Source: an uncultured Eubacteriales bacterium
Lineage (GTDB): Bacteria > Bacillota > Clostridia > Oscillospirales > QAKW01
Length of the DNA stretch: 64,000 nt
Assembly (NCBI GenBank): GCA_902492505.1
Contig: CABULU010000001.1
Span: forward strand, 71,601 to 135,600
Direction: 5' to 3'
Part shown: positions 18,133 to 26,896 of the stretch, one piece after another
Position numbering within the stretch: the first letter of the stretch is position 1
Layout: every line of letters begins with the position of its first letter
The notes under the pieces: model-generated
What the model was told of the DNA's origin: nothing
The model's input: the letters and a program-made list of their open reading frames with translations, nothing else
Database searches by the model: none
Program-made: the position numbers and the translations under genes

Positions 18133-18161
18133 AGTATAGCATAAAGACGGGCAGTTGTCAA
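18133..18161 (-). promoter_or_regulatory. sigma-A promoter of the structured leader
   Basis: Minus strand: TTGACA (18161-18156), 17-nt spacer, TATACT (18138-18133). Confidence 0.65.
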
Positions 18162-18171
18162 TTTACACCAA

Positions 18172-20295
18172 TTATTTTCGTGCACTGAATATAATTATTT
18201 GACGGTTTTTTGCAGCTTTTTCGGTAAATCTGCGTGCATTTTCAAGACGTTTGTCATCAAACGACCAAAACGGATCGTCCATAATAAGCGGGAGATTTTG
18301 CCTGCCGGAAATCAGATCGCTTACCGCTGTGCGCATTGCAAAATAAACTGCGTCCGCCGTGCCGCGCGAGAAATAACCCAGCTCGTGCATGGTGCCGCCT
18401 GACTTGACCCGCAGGTTAAATCCGCGGTCGAGCATCACGCTGTCATACCTGCCGTCTGTTATTTGTTTTAGCGGCTGACGGGCACATTCCGTAAGAATAG
18501 GTGAATACATATCGCTTATGTATCTGTACGCTTCGTCAAGGGCTTCTCTTGCCGTGCTCAGCACCCGATCGTTATACAGCGCATTTTCAAGCTCTGAGTT
18601 CAGTTCTTTTTCTCTTTGCTTTGTTTCAATTAATCCGAGACTGAGCTCGGCGTATTTTTTGCCTTTTGCCGAAAGCTCCTTTATCTTTTCAATAGTGCGG
18701 CTTTTTTCCTCCGTGATTTTAAGCAGTGCCTGATTGACCTGCGCTTCGCTTATGCTGTCAATCGTACCCGACAATGCCAACTTTTCAAGCTCGTCCTTGC
18801 TTTTGTCTGTCAGCAGCTCGCACCTTTGAGCTTTCAGTGCCTCGATGCTTTGAAGCCTTGCCCTGCTTTCAGCCTGTATTTTTGTACGCTTATGAAGACT
18901 TTCGGCGTCGGATATCTTGTATTTTTCTTTTATATCCTGACATTTTTCAACACAGTCTCCAAGCTGATTTTGTATGCTTTCAAGCTCGTTTCGGGCATTA
19001 TTGATTTCGGCGCGGCACTGAGCAGCTTTGTCTTTTGCCGATTCGTATTTTTCAAGTGCCGCACACAGCTCTTTTTGCGTCATGCCAAGCTGTGCGGGTA
19101 TCCGTACCTTTGCTTTGAATACGACCGCGCAGATAACTGCCGCCGCGCCGGCAGCAGCCAGCAGCGCGCCGGGCAGAATAAGACCGTAGAGCATAACGGA
19201 AATTCCCATGACAACGGTTAGTACACCCGCAGCGCACAGGGGTGCTCTGACGCGCGGTCTGCGGTCTGCGAGCTGTCTTAGCCCTGTTTCGTTTTGTGAA
19301 ATTGTGTCGTATTCCGGAAATCCTTCGCTTAGCTTTCGTGCGTCGGTCTCTGCTTTATCAAGTCTTTGCTTTGCATCTTTCAGCTGCTGCGTCAACAGCT
19401 CGCGCATAGCGAATGTTTTGGAGATTTCCTGCGCGGTCTGACTGTCGATTTGCACTGTATTCTCATAGTCGCCGAGCTTCTGAGCATAATTCCGTATCTG
19501 GATTTCAAGCTCTTTGAGCCTTTGCAGTTTTCGGCGGGCGTCCGCACCTTTTGCCGCAGGGAGCATTTCCCGGTATTTTTTTTCCTCGGTATCAAGAGAG
19601 GCGACTGCTTTTTCAAGTTCAAACAGCTCATTTTGCGCATCGGACAGTGAGGTGAGTTCGCTTTCAAGCTGTGATATTGTGACAGATAGCTCACCCAACT
19701 CTTTTTGTATATCAAATATCCGCCCCGACTGGCGTCCCGTATGACGGTATTTTGAATGCTTTCTGCGCAGTGCTTCCGCCGCGCTTTCGTAGGATGTGCC
19801 CTCGTCGCCGGTGGTTACAAGATTTTTAAGCGCCGACTCCAGCCCGCCCGTGCCCGAAAATTTTATATCGGTCTGGCGTATTAAAAATGTGCGCTCAAAC
19901 GTTTCCCTGTCCACGCCAAAAAGCATTTTTCCGGGTGAATCCGAAATCGGAAGCTCTTCTCCGCCGCTGTCCCGCATGACGACAAGTTTTTTACGGCCGT
20001 CGTTTTGCATACGTTCGATACGTATAAGCTTTCCGTTTTGCGTAAGCTCCATGGCGCCGGACAGTATGGCCTCACCCTGCCACGGCAGATACTTTTTAAG
20101 AAGATTTTCCTCAAGCGGCAGTTTTTTAGAGGTGGTTTTTGTAAAGCCGTACAGCATAAACAGGATAAAGTCGGTGATAGTGCTTTTTCCGTACTCGTTT
20201 TCATGCACAAGCTCGTTAAGTCCGGGCTTCAGATTCAAGGTAAAATTTCGGAATTTTCCAAACGAGATTATTTCCAAACTCTTTATTACCGTCAT
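18172..20295 (-). CDS. SbcC/Rad50-like AAA ATPase (YhaN-like) with central membrane hairpin
   Basis: N-terminal Walker A ENEYGKST, C-terminal Walker B LPLIMDDPF, and a long coiled-coil middle. Two hydrophobic helices occupy aa ~351-393. Confidence 0.75.
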   Translation of the reverse strand: MTVIKSLEIISFGKFRNFTLNLKPGLNELVHENEYGKSTITDFILFMLYGFTKTTSKKLPLEENLLKKYLPWQGEAILSGAMELTQNGKLIRIERMQNDGRKKLVVMRDSGGEELPISDSPGKMLFGVDRETFERTFLIRQTDIKFSGTGGLESALKNLVTTGDEGTSYESAAEALRRKHSKYRHTGRQSGRIFDIQKELGELSVTISQLESELTSLSDAQNELFELEKAVASLDTEEKKYREMLPAAKGADARRKLQRLKELEIQIRNYAQKLGDYENTVQIDSQTAQEISKTFAMRELLTQQLKDAKQRLDKAETDARKLSEGFPEYDTISQNETGLRQLADRRPRVRAPLCAAGVLTVVMGISVMLYGLILPGALLAAAGAAAVICAVVFKAKVRIPAQLGMTQKELCAALEKYESAKDKAAQCRAEINNARNELESIQNQLGDCVEKCQDIKEKYKISDAESLHKRTKIQAESRARLQSIEALKAQRCELLTDKSKDELEKLALSGTIDSISEAQVNQALLKITEEKSRTIEKIKELSAKGKKYAELSLGLIETKQREKELNSELENALYNDRVLSTAREALDEAYRYISDMYSPILTECARQPLKQITDGRYDSVMLDRGFNLRVKSGGTMHELGYFSRGTADAVYFAMRTAVSDLISGRQNLPLIMDDPFWSFDDKRLENARRFTEKAAKNRQIIIFSARK

Positions 20296-21356
20296 TTTTC
20301 TTCTCCGCCTCTGATAGCAATAACACCTTCTTTTATAGCGTCCTCGATTATCTGCCTGCCGAGCTCGTCCGCGTCTTTCAGCCTGTCGGCAAGTATTTTG
20401 ACAAACCTGCCCTCCAAGGTGTTGTCTCCCATGCTGCTCAGATAGTCAATGTCGGCGCTTGTCCGATCCTTTATCTGCACAAATCCGTCGGTATGTGCGC
20501 ACAGTGCGTCGCAGTCAATGTTAAACGGAGTGCCCAGCCTGCCGGTAAGCACGGCGCGGGCAATTTCGTTTTCAGCGGGTGTTTTTTTTGAAAGTATATT
20601 TAAAATATTACTTACGGAATGCGCGCCGCTGATGTCAAAATTATACTCTGTGTATATTTTCGCCTCGGTATTAACATATGTATAGGAAAAATCTTGCGTA
20701 TCTATTACATAAAAACCCTTTTGACCACATTCGTCAAAACCGCGGCCGAACGGAACGCCTGCATAAAGCGCGTGTTTTCCGTTGGGAAGAACAGCATCGT
20801 TTGTTTTGTGTATGTGACCCAAAAGCGACAGTTTGGCGCCCGTTGCCGCCAGCGATTGGAGATTTAAGCTGAATCCGCCCTGCCCGCCGAGGGTACCGTG
20901 AGTGAGCGTTATAAAACCGTCTTTGTTTTCCTCATCACAAGCTCCCCGGAAATCCTTCCACGGGTCGGGCATATTAAACGCGCTTGAAAGCGATATTCCG
21001 AAAACGGTAATACCGCCCAAATCCACTCCTTTTATTTTGTCGGGAAAAATGTAAAGATTTTCGGGCGGGCTGCTGTAAAATTCAGTAATTCCAAACGGGT
21101 CATGGTTGCCGCAGACCGCAAGAAATCTGAGTGAGCAGTGCCGTTCAAAAACGCGCCGAACCGCCGCTGACGTTTCTTGACCGGGATTTGGGGTATCAAA
21201 AAGATCGCCGCCGAGAAGAACTGCCGCGGCATTTATACTTTCGGCATAGCAGGCGATTGAATCAAACGCAGATACAAGCTCGGCATCGCGCAGGGCTGCA
21301 TTTTCGTTATTGAATTTGCTGCCGAAATGGGTGTCGGCGGTAAATATCAGCTTCAT
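20292..21356 (-). CDS. SbcD/Mre11-family metallophosphoesterase (YhaO-like)
   Basis: Calcineurin-like motifs ADTHFG, GGDLFD, GNHD, GHIH. The stop overlaps the downstream ATPase start (ATGA). Confidence 0.8.
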   Translation of the reverse strand: MKLIFTADTHFGSKFNNENAALRDAELVSAFDSIACYAESINAAAVLLGGDLFDTPNPGQETSAAVRRVFERHCSLRFLAVCGNHDPFGITEFYSSPPENLYIFPDKIKGVDLGGITVFGISLSSAFNMPDPWKDFRGACDEENKDGFITLTHGTLGGQGGFSLNLQSLAATGAKLSLLGHIHKTNDAVLPNGKHALYAGVPFGRGFDECGQKGFYVIDTQDFSYTYVNTEAKIYTEYNFDISGAHSVSNILNILSKKTPAENEIARAVLTGRLGTPFNIDCDALCAHTDGFVQIKDRTSADIDYLSSMGDNTLEGRFVKILADRLKDADELGRQIIEDAIKEGVIAIRGGEEK

Positions 21357-21365
21357 GTTTTTCTC

Positions 21366-22043
21366 CTACATAAACCTGCAAAGAATCAACGGGATAAACA
21401 CCGCCGGCAGCAGATTTACAACCTTGATTTCGGTGATTTTCAGCATATTTAACCCTATCGCTATAATAAGCAGCGATCCGACGCAGGTAAGCTCGTTAAC
21501 CACGCTTTGCGTCAGCAGCGGTTCTATAACGGAGGAGAGCAGAGTTAGGGAGCCCTGGTATAATATCAGAGCTATGCCTGAGAGCGCGGTGCCGATTCCG
21601 AGCGTTGTCGCCATAATAAATATTGACGCGCCGTCTACTATCGCTTTTGCAAAAAAAGCCGAGTTATCTGCGCGCAGTCCCGCGTCCATAGCGCCCGTGA
21701 CTGCCCATGCGCCCACACATATTAAAAGCGTTGCCGCAATAAATCCCTCTGCTATTTTACTCTGCTTTCCGCCTATTTTCGACTGTAAAAAGCAACCGAA
21801 GCGATTCAGGTATTTGTCGATATCTATACTCTCGCCTATTACTGCGCCGACAGCGACCGAGACAATCGCAACAAGCGTATTTTCACCCTTCAGCGCGCCG
21901 CTTATGCCGATATATATAATACACAGCCCCAGTCCCTTTATTACGGTGTCGCATATCCGCCGCGGTATTTTGCTGCCTGCCAGTGTGCCAAGCAGAGCAC
22001 AGACAATTACCGCAGCGCCGTTCACAAGTGTTCCAGTCAGCAT
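21366..22043 (-). CDS. DUF554-family membrane protein (YqgA/YdfK-like)
   Basis: 225-aa polytopic protein with N-terminus MLTGTLVNGAAVIVCALLGTLAG, typical of DUF554. Confidence 0.65.
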   Translation of the reverse strand: MLTGTLVNGAAVIVCALLGTLAGSKIPRRICDTVIKGLGLCIIYIGISGALKGENTLVAIVSVAVGAVIGESIDIDKYLNRFGCFLQSKIGGKQSKIAEGFIAATLLICVGAWAVTGAMDAGLRADNSAFFAKAIVDGASIFIMATTLGIGTALSGIALILYQGSLTLLSSVIEPLLTQSVVNELTCVGSLLIIAIGLNMLKITEIKVVNLLPAVFIPLILCRFM

Positions 22044-22184
22044 TTTAGGTTCCTTTTCAATTTAATTGCAGAATAATTATAACATTACGGTAAAGACCTT
22101 TCAAGCAAATTTGTTGAATTTATATTGATTTTTAGAGCGTATGATATTATAATTAAATATTATTATAAGGCATGGAGAAGGTTA

Positions 22185-23621
22185 ATGGACAACAGAAAAA
22201 TGGTCGACGATATTACGTCGATGGACGAAGATTTTGCAAAGTGGTATACCGATATTGTTAAAAAGGCGGAGCTTGTGGGTTACACAAGCATTAAGGGCTG
22301 TCTTGTAATCCGTCCTTATGGTTATGCTATTTGGGAGAATATGCAGAGGATACTGGACGGGATGTTTAAGGCAACAGGACATGAGAATGTGTGCATGCCT
22401 ATGTTTATTCCCGAAAGCCTTTTAAATAAGGAAAAGGATCATGTTGAGGGCTTTGCGCCTGAGGTTGCATGGGTCACTCACGGCGGCAGTGAAAAGTTAG
22501 AGGAGCGCCTTTGCGTTCGCCCGACGTCCGAGACGTTGTTTTGCGAGCATTATTCAAATATAATACATTCTTATCGCGATTTGCCAAAGCTGTATAATCA
22601 GTGGGTGTCGGTTGTTCGCTGGGAGAAGACTACGCGTCCGTTTTTGCGTTCACGCGAGTTTTTGTGGCAGGAGGGGCACACTATTCACGAAACGGCGGCT
22701 CAGGCAATAGAAGAGACGGAAAAGATGCTTGGGGTTTATGCTGAATTTTGTGAGACGGCGCTTGCCATGCCTGTTGTCAAGGGCAAAAAGACCGAATCGG
22801 ATAAGTTTGCGGGCGCGGAGTCAACTTATGCTATCGAGGCGCTTATGCATGACGGGAAGGCGCTTCAGGCGGGAACGTCGCACTATTTCGGAGACGGATT
22901 TGCCCGTGCGTTTGATATTACGTTCAGCGACAGAGAAAATAAAAAATCCTATCCGCATCAAACTTCGTGGGGTGTTTCCACGCGCCTTATCGGCGGAATT
23001 ATCATGACGCACGGCGACGATAACGGGTTGGCTCTGCCGCCAGCTGTTGCGCCGATACAGGCGGTTATTATACCCATTGCCGCGCATAAGGGCGGCGTTA
23101 TGGAAACGGCACTGAAGCTGAAAGCGCAGCTTGAATCGACCGTGCGGGTTGCGCTGGACGACAGCGACAATTCTCCGGGCTGGAAGTTTGCGCAGTACGA
23201 GATGAAGGGCGTACCCGTGAGAATCGAGCTTGGTCCGCGGGATATAGAAAACGGAGAATGCGTTATTGTCACCCGTCACAACCGTGAAAAGACGGTAGTG
23301 AAGCTAAGCGGTATAGTGCAGGCTGTTGAGCAGAAGCTGCGCGAGGTACACGACGGGCTTTACAAAAAGGCGCTTGATAACCGCAACAGACGTACATATG
23401 ACTGTAAAACGACTGACGAGATGATTGACGCCATGCGTGAAAACGGCGACGGATTTATCCGTGCGATGTGGTGTGGAAGCGAGGAGTGTGAAAATGCAGT
23501 CAAGGAAAAGACCGGCGCAGGCTCGCGTTGTATTCCGTTTGAGCAGGTAAATATATCGGACAGGTGTGTTTGCTGTCAAAAACCGGCTAAGACAATGGTG
23601 CTTTGGGGCAAGGCATATTAA
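22185..23621 (+). CDS. proS: proline--tRNA ligase, archaeal/eukaryotic-like type
   Basis: [16 protein letters not shown]...[17 protein letters not shown]-terminus. No INS editing domain. C-terminal Zn-binding tail ends ...WGKAY. Start set at the ATG at 22185 behind ggagaagg. Confidence 0.9.
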   Translation: MDNRKMVDDITSMDEDFAKWYTDIVKKAELVGYTSIKGCLVIRPYGYAIWENMQRILDGMFKATGHENVCMPMFIPESLLNKEKDHVEGFAPEVAWVTHGGSEKLEERLCVRPTSETLFCEHYSNIIHSYRDLPKLYNQWVSVVRWEKTTRPFLRSREFLWQEGHTIHETAAQAIEETEKMLGVYAEFCETALAMPVVKGKKTESDKFAGAESTYAIEALMHDGKALQAGTSHYFGDGFARAFDITFSDRENKKSYPHQTSWGVSTRLIGGIIMTHGDDNGLALPPAVAPIQAVIIPIAAHKGGVMETALKLKAQLESTVRVALDDSDNSPGWKFAQYEMKGVPVRIELGPRDIENGECVIVTRHNREKTVVKLSGIVQAVEQKLREVHDGLYKKALDNRNRRTYDCKTTDEMIDAMRENGDGFIRAMWCGSEECENAVKEKTGAGSRCIPFEQVNISDRCVCCQKPAKTMVLWGKAY

Positions 23622-23623
23622 TA

Positions 23624-23663
23624 TAAAAAAATACCGACCGCAATTTGAGGTCGGTATTTTTTA
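23624..23663. terminator. bidirectional intrinsic terminator
   Basis: A-run, then ataccgacc-gcaatttga-ggtcggtat, then T-run. Confidence 0.85.
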
Positions 23664-23674
23664 TTAATGTCGGC

Positions 23675-25354
23675 TTAGCCGATATATCTCATGGCGTTTA
23701 CAGCGTTGCCGTTTATTCTTAGTTCAAAGTGAAGATGCGGACCGCTTGAATTTCCCGACGAACCGATTCTTCCGATTTGCTGACCCTGATAAACCGTGTC
23801 GCCGACCGAAACGTTAATTGCACTTTGATGAGCATACCACGTTTCATAGCCGTTTGAGTGCTTGATTTTAACAAGTCTGCCCAGTCCGCCAGACCAGCCT
23901 GCAAAAATAACGGTTCCGGCAGCGGAGGCGTAAACCGGTTTTCCGTATGCGCCGCTCATGGTGAGGTCGGTGCCGGTATGTCCGCGGTATCCTCCGAAGC
24001 CGCATGATACGTAACCTCCGTTAATCGGGCGGATAAAAGTGCCTGTTCCGGCAAGCGGCGATGTGGAAACGGGAAGCGACTTTGTTCCGACATATATTTC
24101 TTTTGTAACAGGCTCGCGTGTTACAGTCTCGGAAATGATTTTCTTTGAAACCTGTGCGCCGTCAACATATGTTACCTCGGCAACAATTTCCTTTTCGCCC
24201 GTTCTGCCTGAGGTTTTTACTTTTGTTTGAGTTTTATACATCGAGCTGTCTTCGATTTTAACCGTATCAAAATCAATTTCCTCAGTGTAGTTGAGCGTTT
24301 TGACTATCTTTATGCCAAGGTATATTTCAGGCTGCGATATATTAAGCTTTTTGCCCGGGACAAGTCTGCGCTCGTCCAGCTCCGGATTTAACGCATAAAG
24401 CTGAGATCTTGTAAGACCTGTCGCCTTAGATATATCCGACAGATAATCGTCCTCCTGTATTGTATAGTACATCGGGTTTGTGGATGCGCTGAATTTTGCA
24501 CGTATCTCGTCTTCTGTATAAAAATAGGACGGAGCGTAAATCCCCTTTTTGATTTCAACGTTTGCTACAAATTCAACAGTTTCGTTTTCTTCGCCCGTAA
24601 CATACGGAGCTTTAAGCTCATTTAAAATGGCACTAAGACTGTCCTCGTTTTCAGAGGCTGCGACAAGCGTTCCGTCTACATACAGACCGTAGTGCTCGCC
24701 TATTTCCTCGCAGACGATGGAGTAAACACCGTCGTACATATCGTTTTTGCTGTCTTCGTTTTTAAGCTTTTCCTTGCTTACTACTGTAAAGGAATATTCC
24801 GGATTGGATGTCATAACATAATTTTCGCCGATTGACTCGCCGAGATTATTCTCTACCTCGGACACCACCTGTGAAAACTCGCTTTCATTTGAAACATAGC
24901 CGACCGTTTCGCCGTTAACTGTTACTTTAAGCGCCAAAGCGTAAAAGTTTGTTGAAAGCAGTATTGCGACAACGCCGGCGCCGCCGAGAGCCGGTGCCCA
25001 ATAAGAAAAGTTACGGACAAAGCTTTTGGGTATCGCCATGATGACCCTGACCGCACCTTTTGCGCCGAGGCTTGTCCATTTAATAACGCACTCGCCGGTC
25101 GCATAAATAAACTTTACGGCAGAAACAAGCACATTTTTGTATATCGCTTTAGATATTTTTACAACAAGACTTTCAACCGCAAAACCGACCGAATATATGC
25201 CCCTGACAATCATTTCACCAAGGCGGCTTATTCCTCGCAGTATGCCCCTGAAGGTTATTTTCTTAACAGCGCCCGCCGCGCAAAATCCTCCGCGGACAAC
25301 TGCTTTTGCAGGTTTGAGTAATGTATTTATAAGTTTTTTTGAAAACTTATTCAT
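23675..25354 (-). CDS. LysM-G5-M23 peptidoglycan DD-metalloendopeptidase, membrane anchored
   Basis: LysM (YYTIQEDDYLSDISKATGLTRSQLYALNP), a G5-like segment (VKTSGRTGEKEIVAEVTYVDG), and M23 motifs HTGTDL and GPHLHFELRING. The start is either the ATG at 25354 or the GTG at 25366. Confidence 0.85.
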   Translation of the reverse strand: MNKFSKKLINTLLKPAKAVVRGGFCAAGAVKKITFRGILRGISRLGEMIVRGIYSVGFAVESLVVKISKAIYKNVLVSAVKFIYATGECVIKWTSLGAKGAVRVIMAIPKSFVRNFSYWAPALGGAGVVAILLSTNFYALALKVTVNGETVGYVSNESEFSQVVSEVENNLGESIGENYVMTSNPEYSFTVVSKEKLKNEDSKNDMYDGVYSIVCEEIGEHYGLYVDGTLVAASENEDSLSAILNELKAPYVTGEENETVEFVANVEIKKGIYAPSYFYTEDEIRAKFSASTNPMYYTIQEDDYLSDISKATGLTRSQLYALNPELDERRLVPGKKLNISQPEIYLGIKIVKTLNYTEEIDFDTVKIEDSSMYKTQTKVKTSGRTGEKEIVAEVTYVDGAQVSKKIISETVTREPVTKEIYVGTKSLPVSTSPLAGTGTFIRPINGGYVSCGFGGYRGHTGTDLTMSGAYGKPVYASAAGTVIFAGWSGGLGRLVKIKHSNGYETWYAHQSAINVSVGDTVYQGQQIGRIGSSGNSSGPHLHFELRINGNAVNAMRYIG

Positions 25355-25393
25355 TTGTGAAAACACTCCGTTACGTGAATTTAGTCGATAAAA

Positions 25394-25410
25394 ATTACAA
25401 TTCAGTTACA
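25394..25410 (-). promoter_or_regulatory. WalR-type direct repeat TGTAAC-N5-TGTAAT
   Basis: The minus strand reads TGTAACtgaatTGTAAT, an exact fit to TGTWAH-N5-TGTWAH, about 40 bp upstream of the M23 start. Confidence 0.45.
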
Positions 25411-25533
25411 AACTGATACAATGATACACCATGTCTGTAATAAAATCAAGTGGTTTTTGTAATTTTTAATAATTTTTTTTACGGCATTCACCATATATAT
25501 CCTATATATAATATGAACAGCAAGCTGCAAAAA

Positions 25534-25550
25534 ATTACAAAATGATTACA
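25534..25550 (-). promoter_or_regulatory. WalR-type direct repeat TGTAAT-N5-TGTAAT
   Basis: The minus strand reads TGTAATcatttTGTAAT, an exact fit to TGTWAH-N5-TGTWAH, followed by a TATTAT -10-like element about 20 nt downstream. Confidence 0.45.
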
Positions 25551-25554
25551 AAAT

Positions 25555-25585
25555 AAAAAACGCGGCTTTTTAAGCCGCGTTTTTA
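25555..25585. terminator. bidirectional intrinsic terminator
   Basis: aaaaaacgcggctt-ttt-aagccgcgttttt. Confidence 0.8.
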
Positions 25586-25603
25586 AATTTGACAGCCGTT
25601 TTT

Positions 25604-26728
25604 TTAGGACGGATTTTCTGCTGTTTCGTCATTTAGACCGAGCTGCTGCTTTATCTCGTCGGTAAGCAGCTCGTTTTGCTCGCTGTCGTCGGAAATTTGC
25701 AGATTAACAACCGACAGTTCCTGTAAAACGGGGTTGTTGTATTCAACACCTATACGTTCTTTCAGGTCTTCAAGAATTTTGTTTGATTCCTCACTCATCA
25801 TGTTTTCAATGAGCGTGACCTCTGTGTCACGCGAGTGAAGCTCATCGTCCGTAAAGGAATACTTTTTCATTATATGATAGCCGAGATTTGACTGTATAAG
25901 GCGTATTTCACCCGGCTTCATTTCAAAGGCCGCGTTGTGAAATACCTTGGTGTAAGAATTGTCCTCTGAAGAAAATACATATCCGTCGGGATTTGACACC
26001 ATGCCCGGATCTTCGTTGTACTCGTCAATCAGCTTTTCAAAATCTTCTCCGGCCATTGCCTTGTCATATATTTCCTGAGCTTTTTTGCCTATTTCCTCTT
26101 TTTTGGCATTTGAAAAATCATTGCCCTCATCGTCTTTTGTCGAGAGGAAAACATGCTTTACTTTCGTATAGTACTCCTCGTAATATTCTCTCAGCGCCTC
26201 GCGGCTGACCGGATTTTCCGTGCTTTCAGGTCCGAAATAGTACATGATGACAGCCTGCTTTTTAGCTTCGTCATAATACTGGGATTCAAATTCCTCGTAT
26301 GTAAAGCCCTGGCTTTGAAGATGCTCATCCAGCGCTTCACGGCTGCCGTACTGAGTGATAAAGCCCTGCATCGTCTCCTCGATTTCGGAGGTAACGTCCT
26401 CATCAAGTTTCAGTCCTAACTCGTCAAAATGAATTGAATACAAATTGTATGTTATGAGATAGGTCTGTATCATAGCATCAAGATATTCCTGAACTGTGGA
26501 TGAATAGCTCTCGTCAATATATCTGTCCCATAGTTCATCGTTTTCTTCAAGGTCGTTGCTTGTAAGAAACTGAGATTTTATGCTGACTGCCACTGCTTTG
26601 TACTGATCGGCCGAGATGACTCGGTCACCTATTTTAAGTGCATAGCCGCCGGAAGAACAGGAGGCAAGCGCTGTCAGTATAACGGCGGCTGCCGCAAGCG
26701 CACTCAGCGCTCTTTTAAATATTTTCAT
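25604..26728 (-). CDS. prsA: PrsA-like peptidylprolyl isomerase lipoprotein (SurA_N + PPIC rotamase)
   Basis: Lipobox LASC after the signal peptide. Parvulin domain ends ...GEIRLIQSNLGYHIMKKY. Start at the ATG at 26728 behind ggagga. Confidence 0.8.
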   Translation of the reverse strand: MKIFKRALSALAAAAVILTALASCSSGGYALKIGDRVISADQYKAVAVSIKSQFLTSNDLEENDELWDRYIDESYSSTVQEYLDAMIQTYLITYNLYSIHFDELGLKLDEDVTSEIEETMQGFITQYGSREALDEHLQSQGFTYEEFESQYYDEAKKQAVIMYYFGPESTENPVSREALREYYEEYYTKVKHVFLSTKDDEGNDFSNAKKEEIGKKAQEIYDKAMAGEDFEKLIDEYNEDPGMVSNPDGYVFSSEDNSYTKVFHNAAFEMKPGEIRLIQSNLGYHIMKKYSFTDDELHSRDTEVTLIENMMSEESNKILEDLKERIGVEYNNPVLQELSVVNLQISDDSEQNELLTDEIKQQLGLNDETAENPS

Positions 26729-26836
26729 GAATAGATATCCTCCGTTAAATATTAAATGCAAATGTTCCTAATATATTATAGCTTCCGCAAGATGTCTTTG
26801 TCTATATCCAAAATGTAAATAATATATAAAATCTGT

Positions 26837-26865
26837 TTTACAGCGGGATAAATTTATGTTATAAT
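26837..26865 (+). promoter_or_regulatory. sigma-A promoter of rlmD
   Basis: TTTACA, 17-nt spacer, TATAAT. Confidence 0.55.
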
Positions 26866-26896
26866 TCAGATAAGTAAAATTTCAGAGGAAATGCAG

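Noticed and set aside
26803-26815. tatatccaaaatg upstream of rlmD resembling one arm of the 4978-5030 inverted repeat
   Set aside because: It is a single imperfect half-site without a dyad partner in AT-rich DNA, which is compatible with chance.
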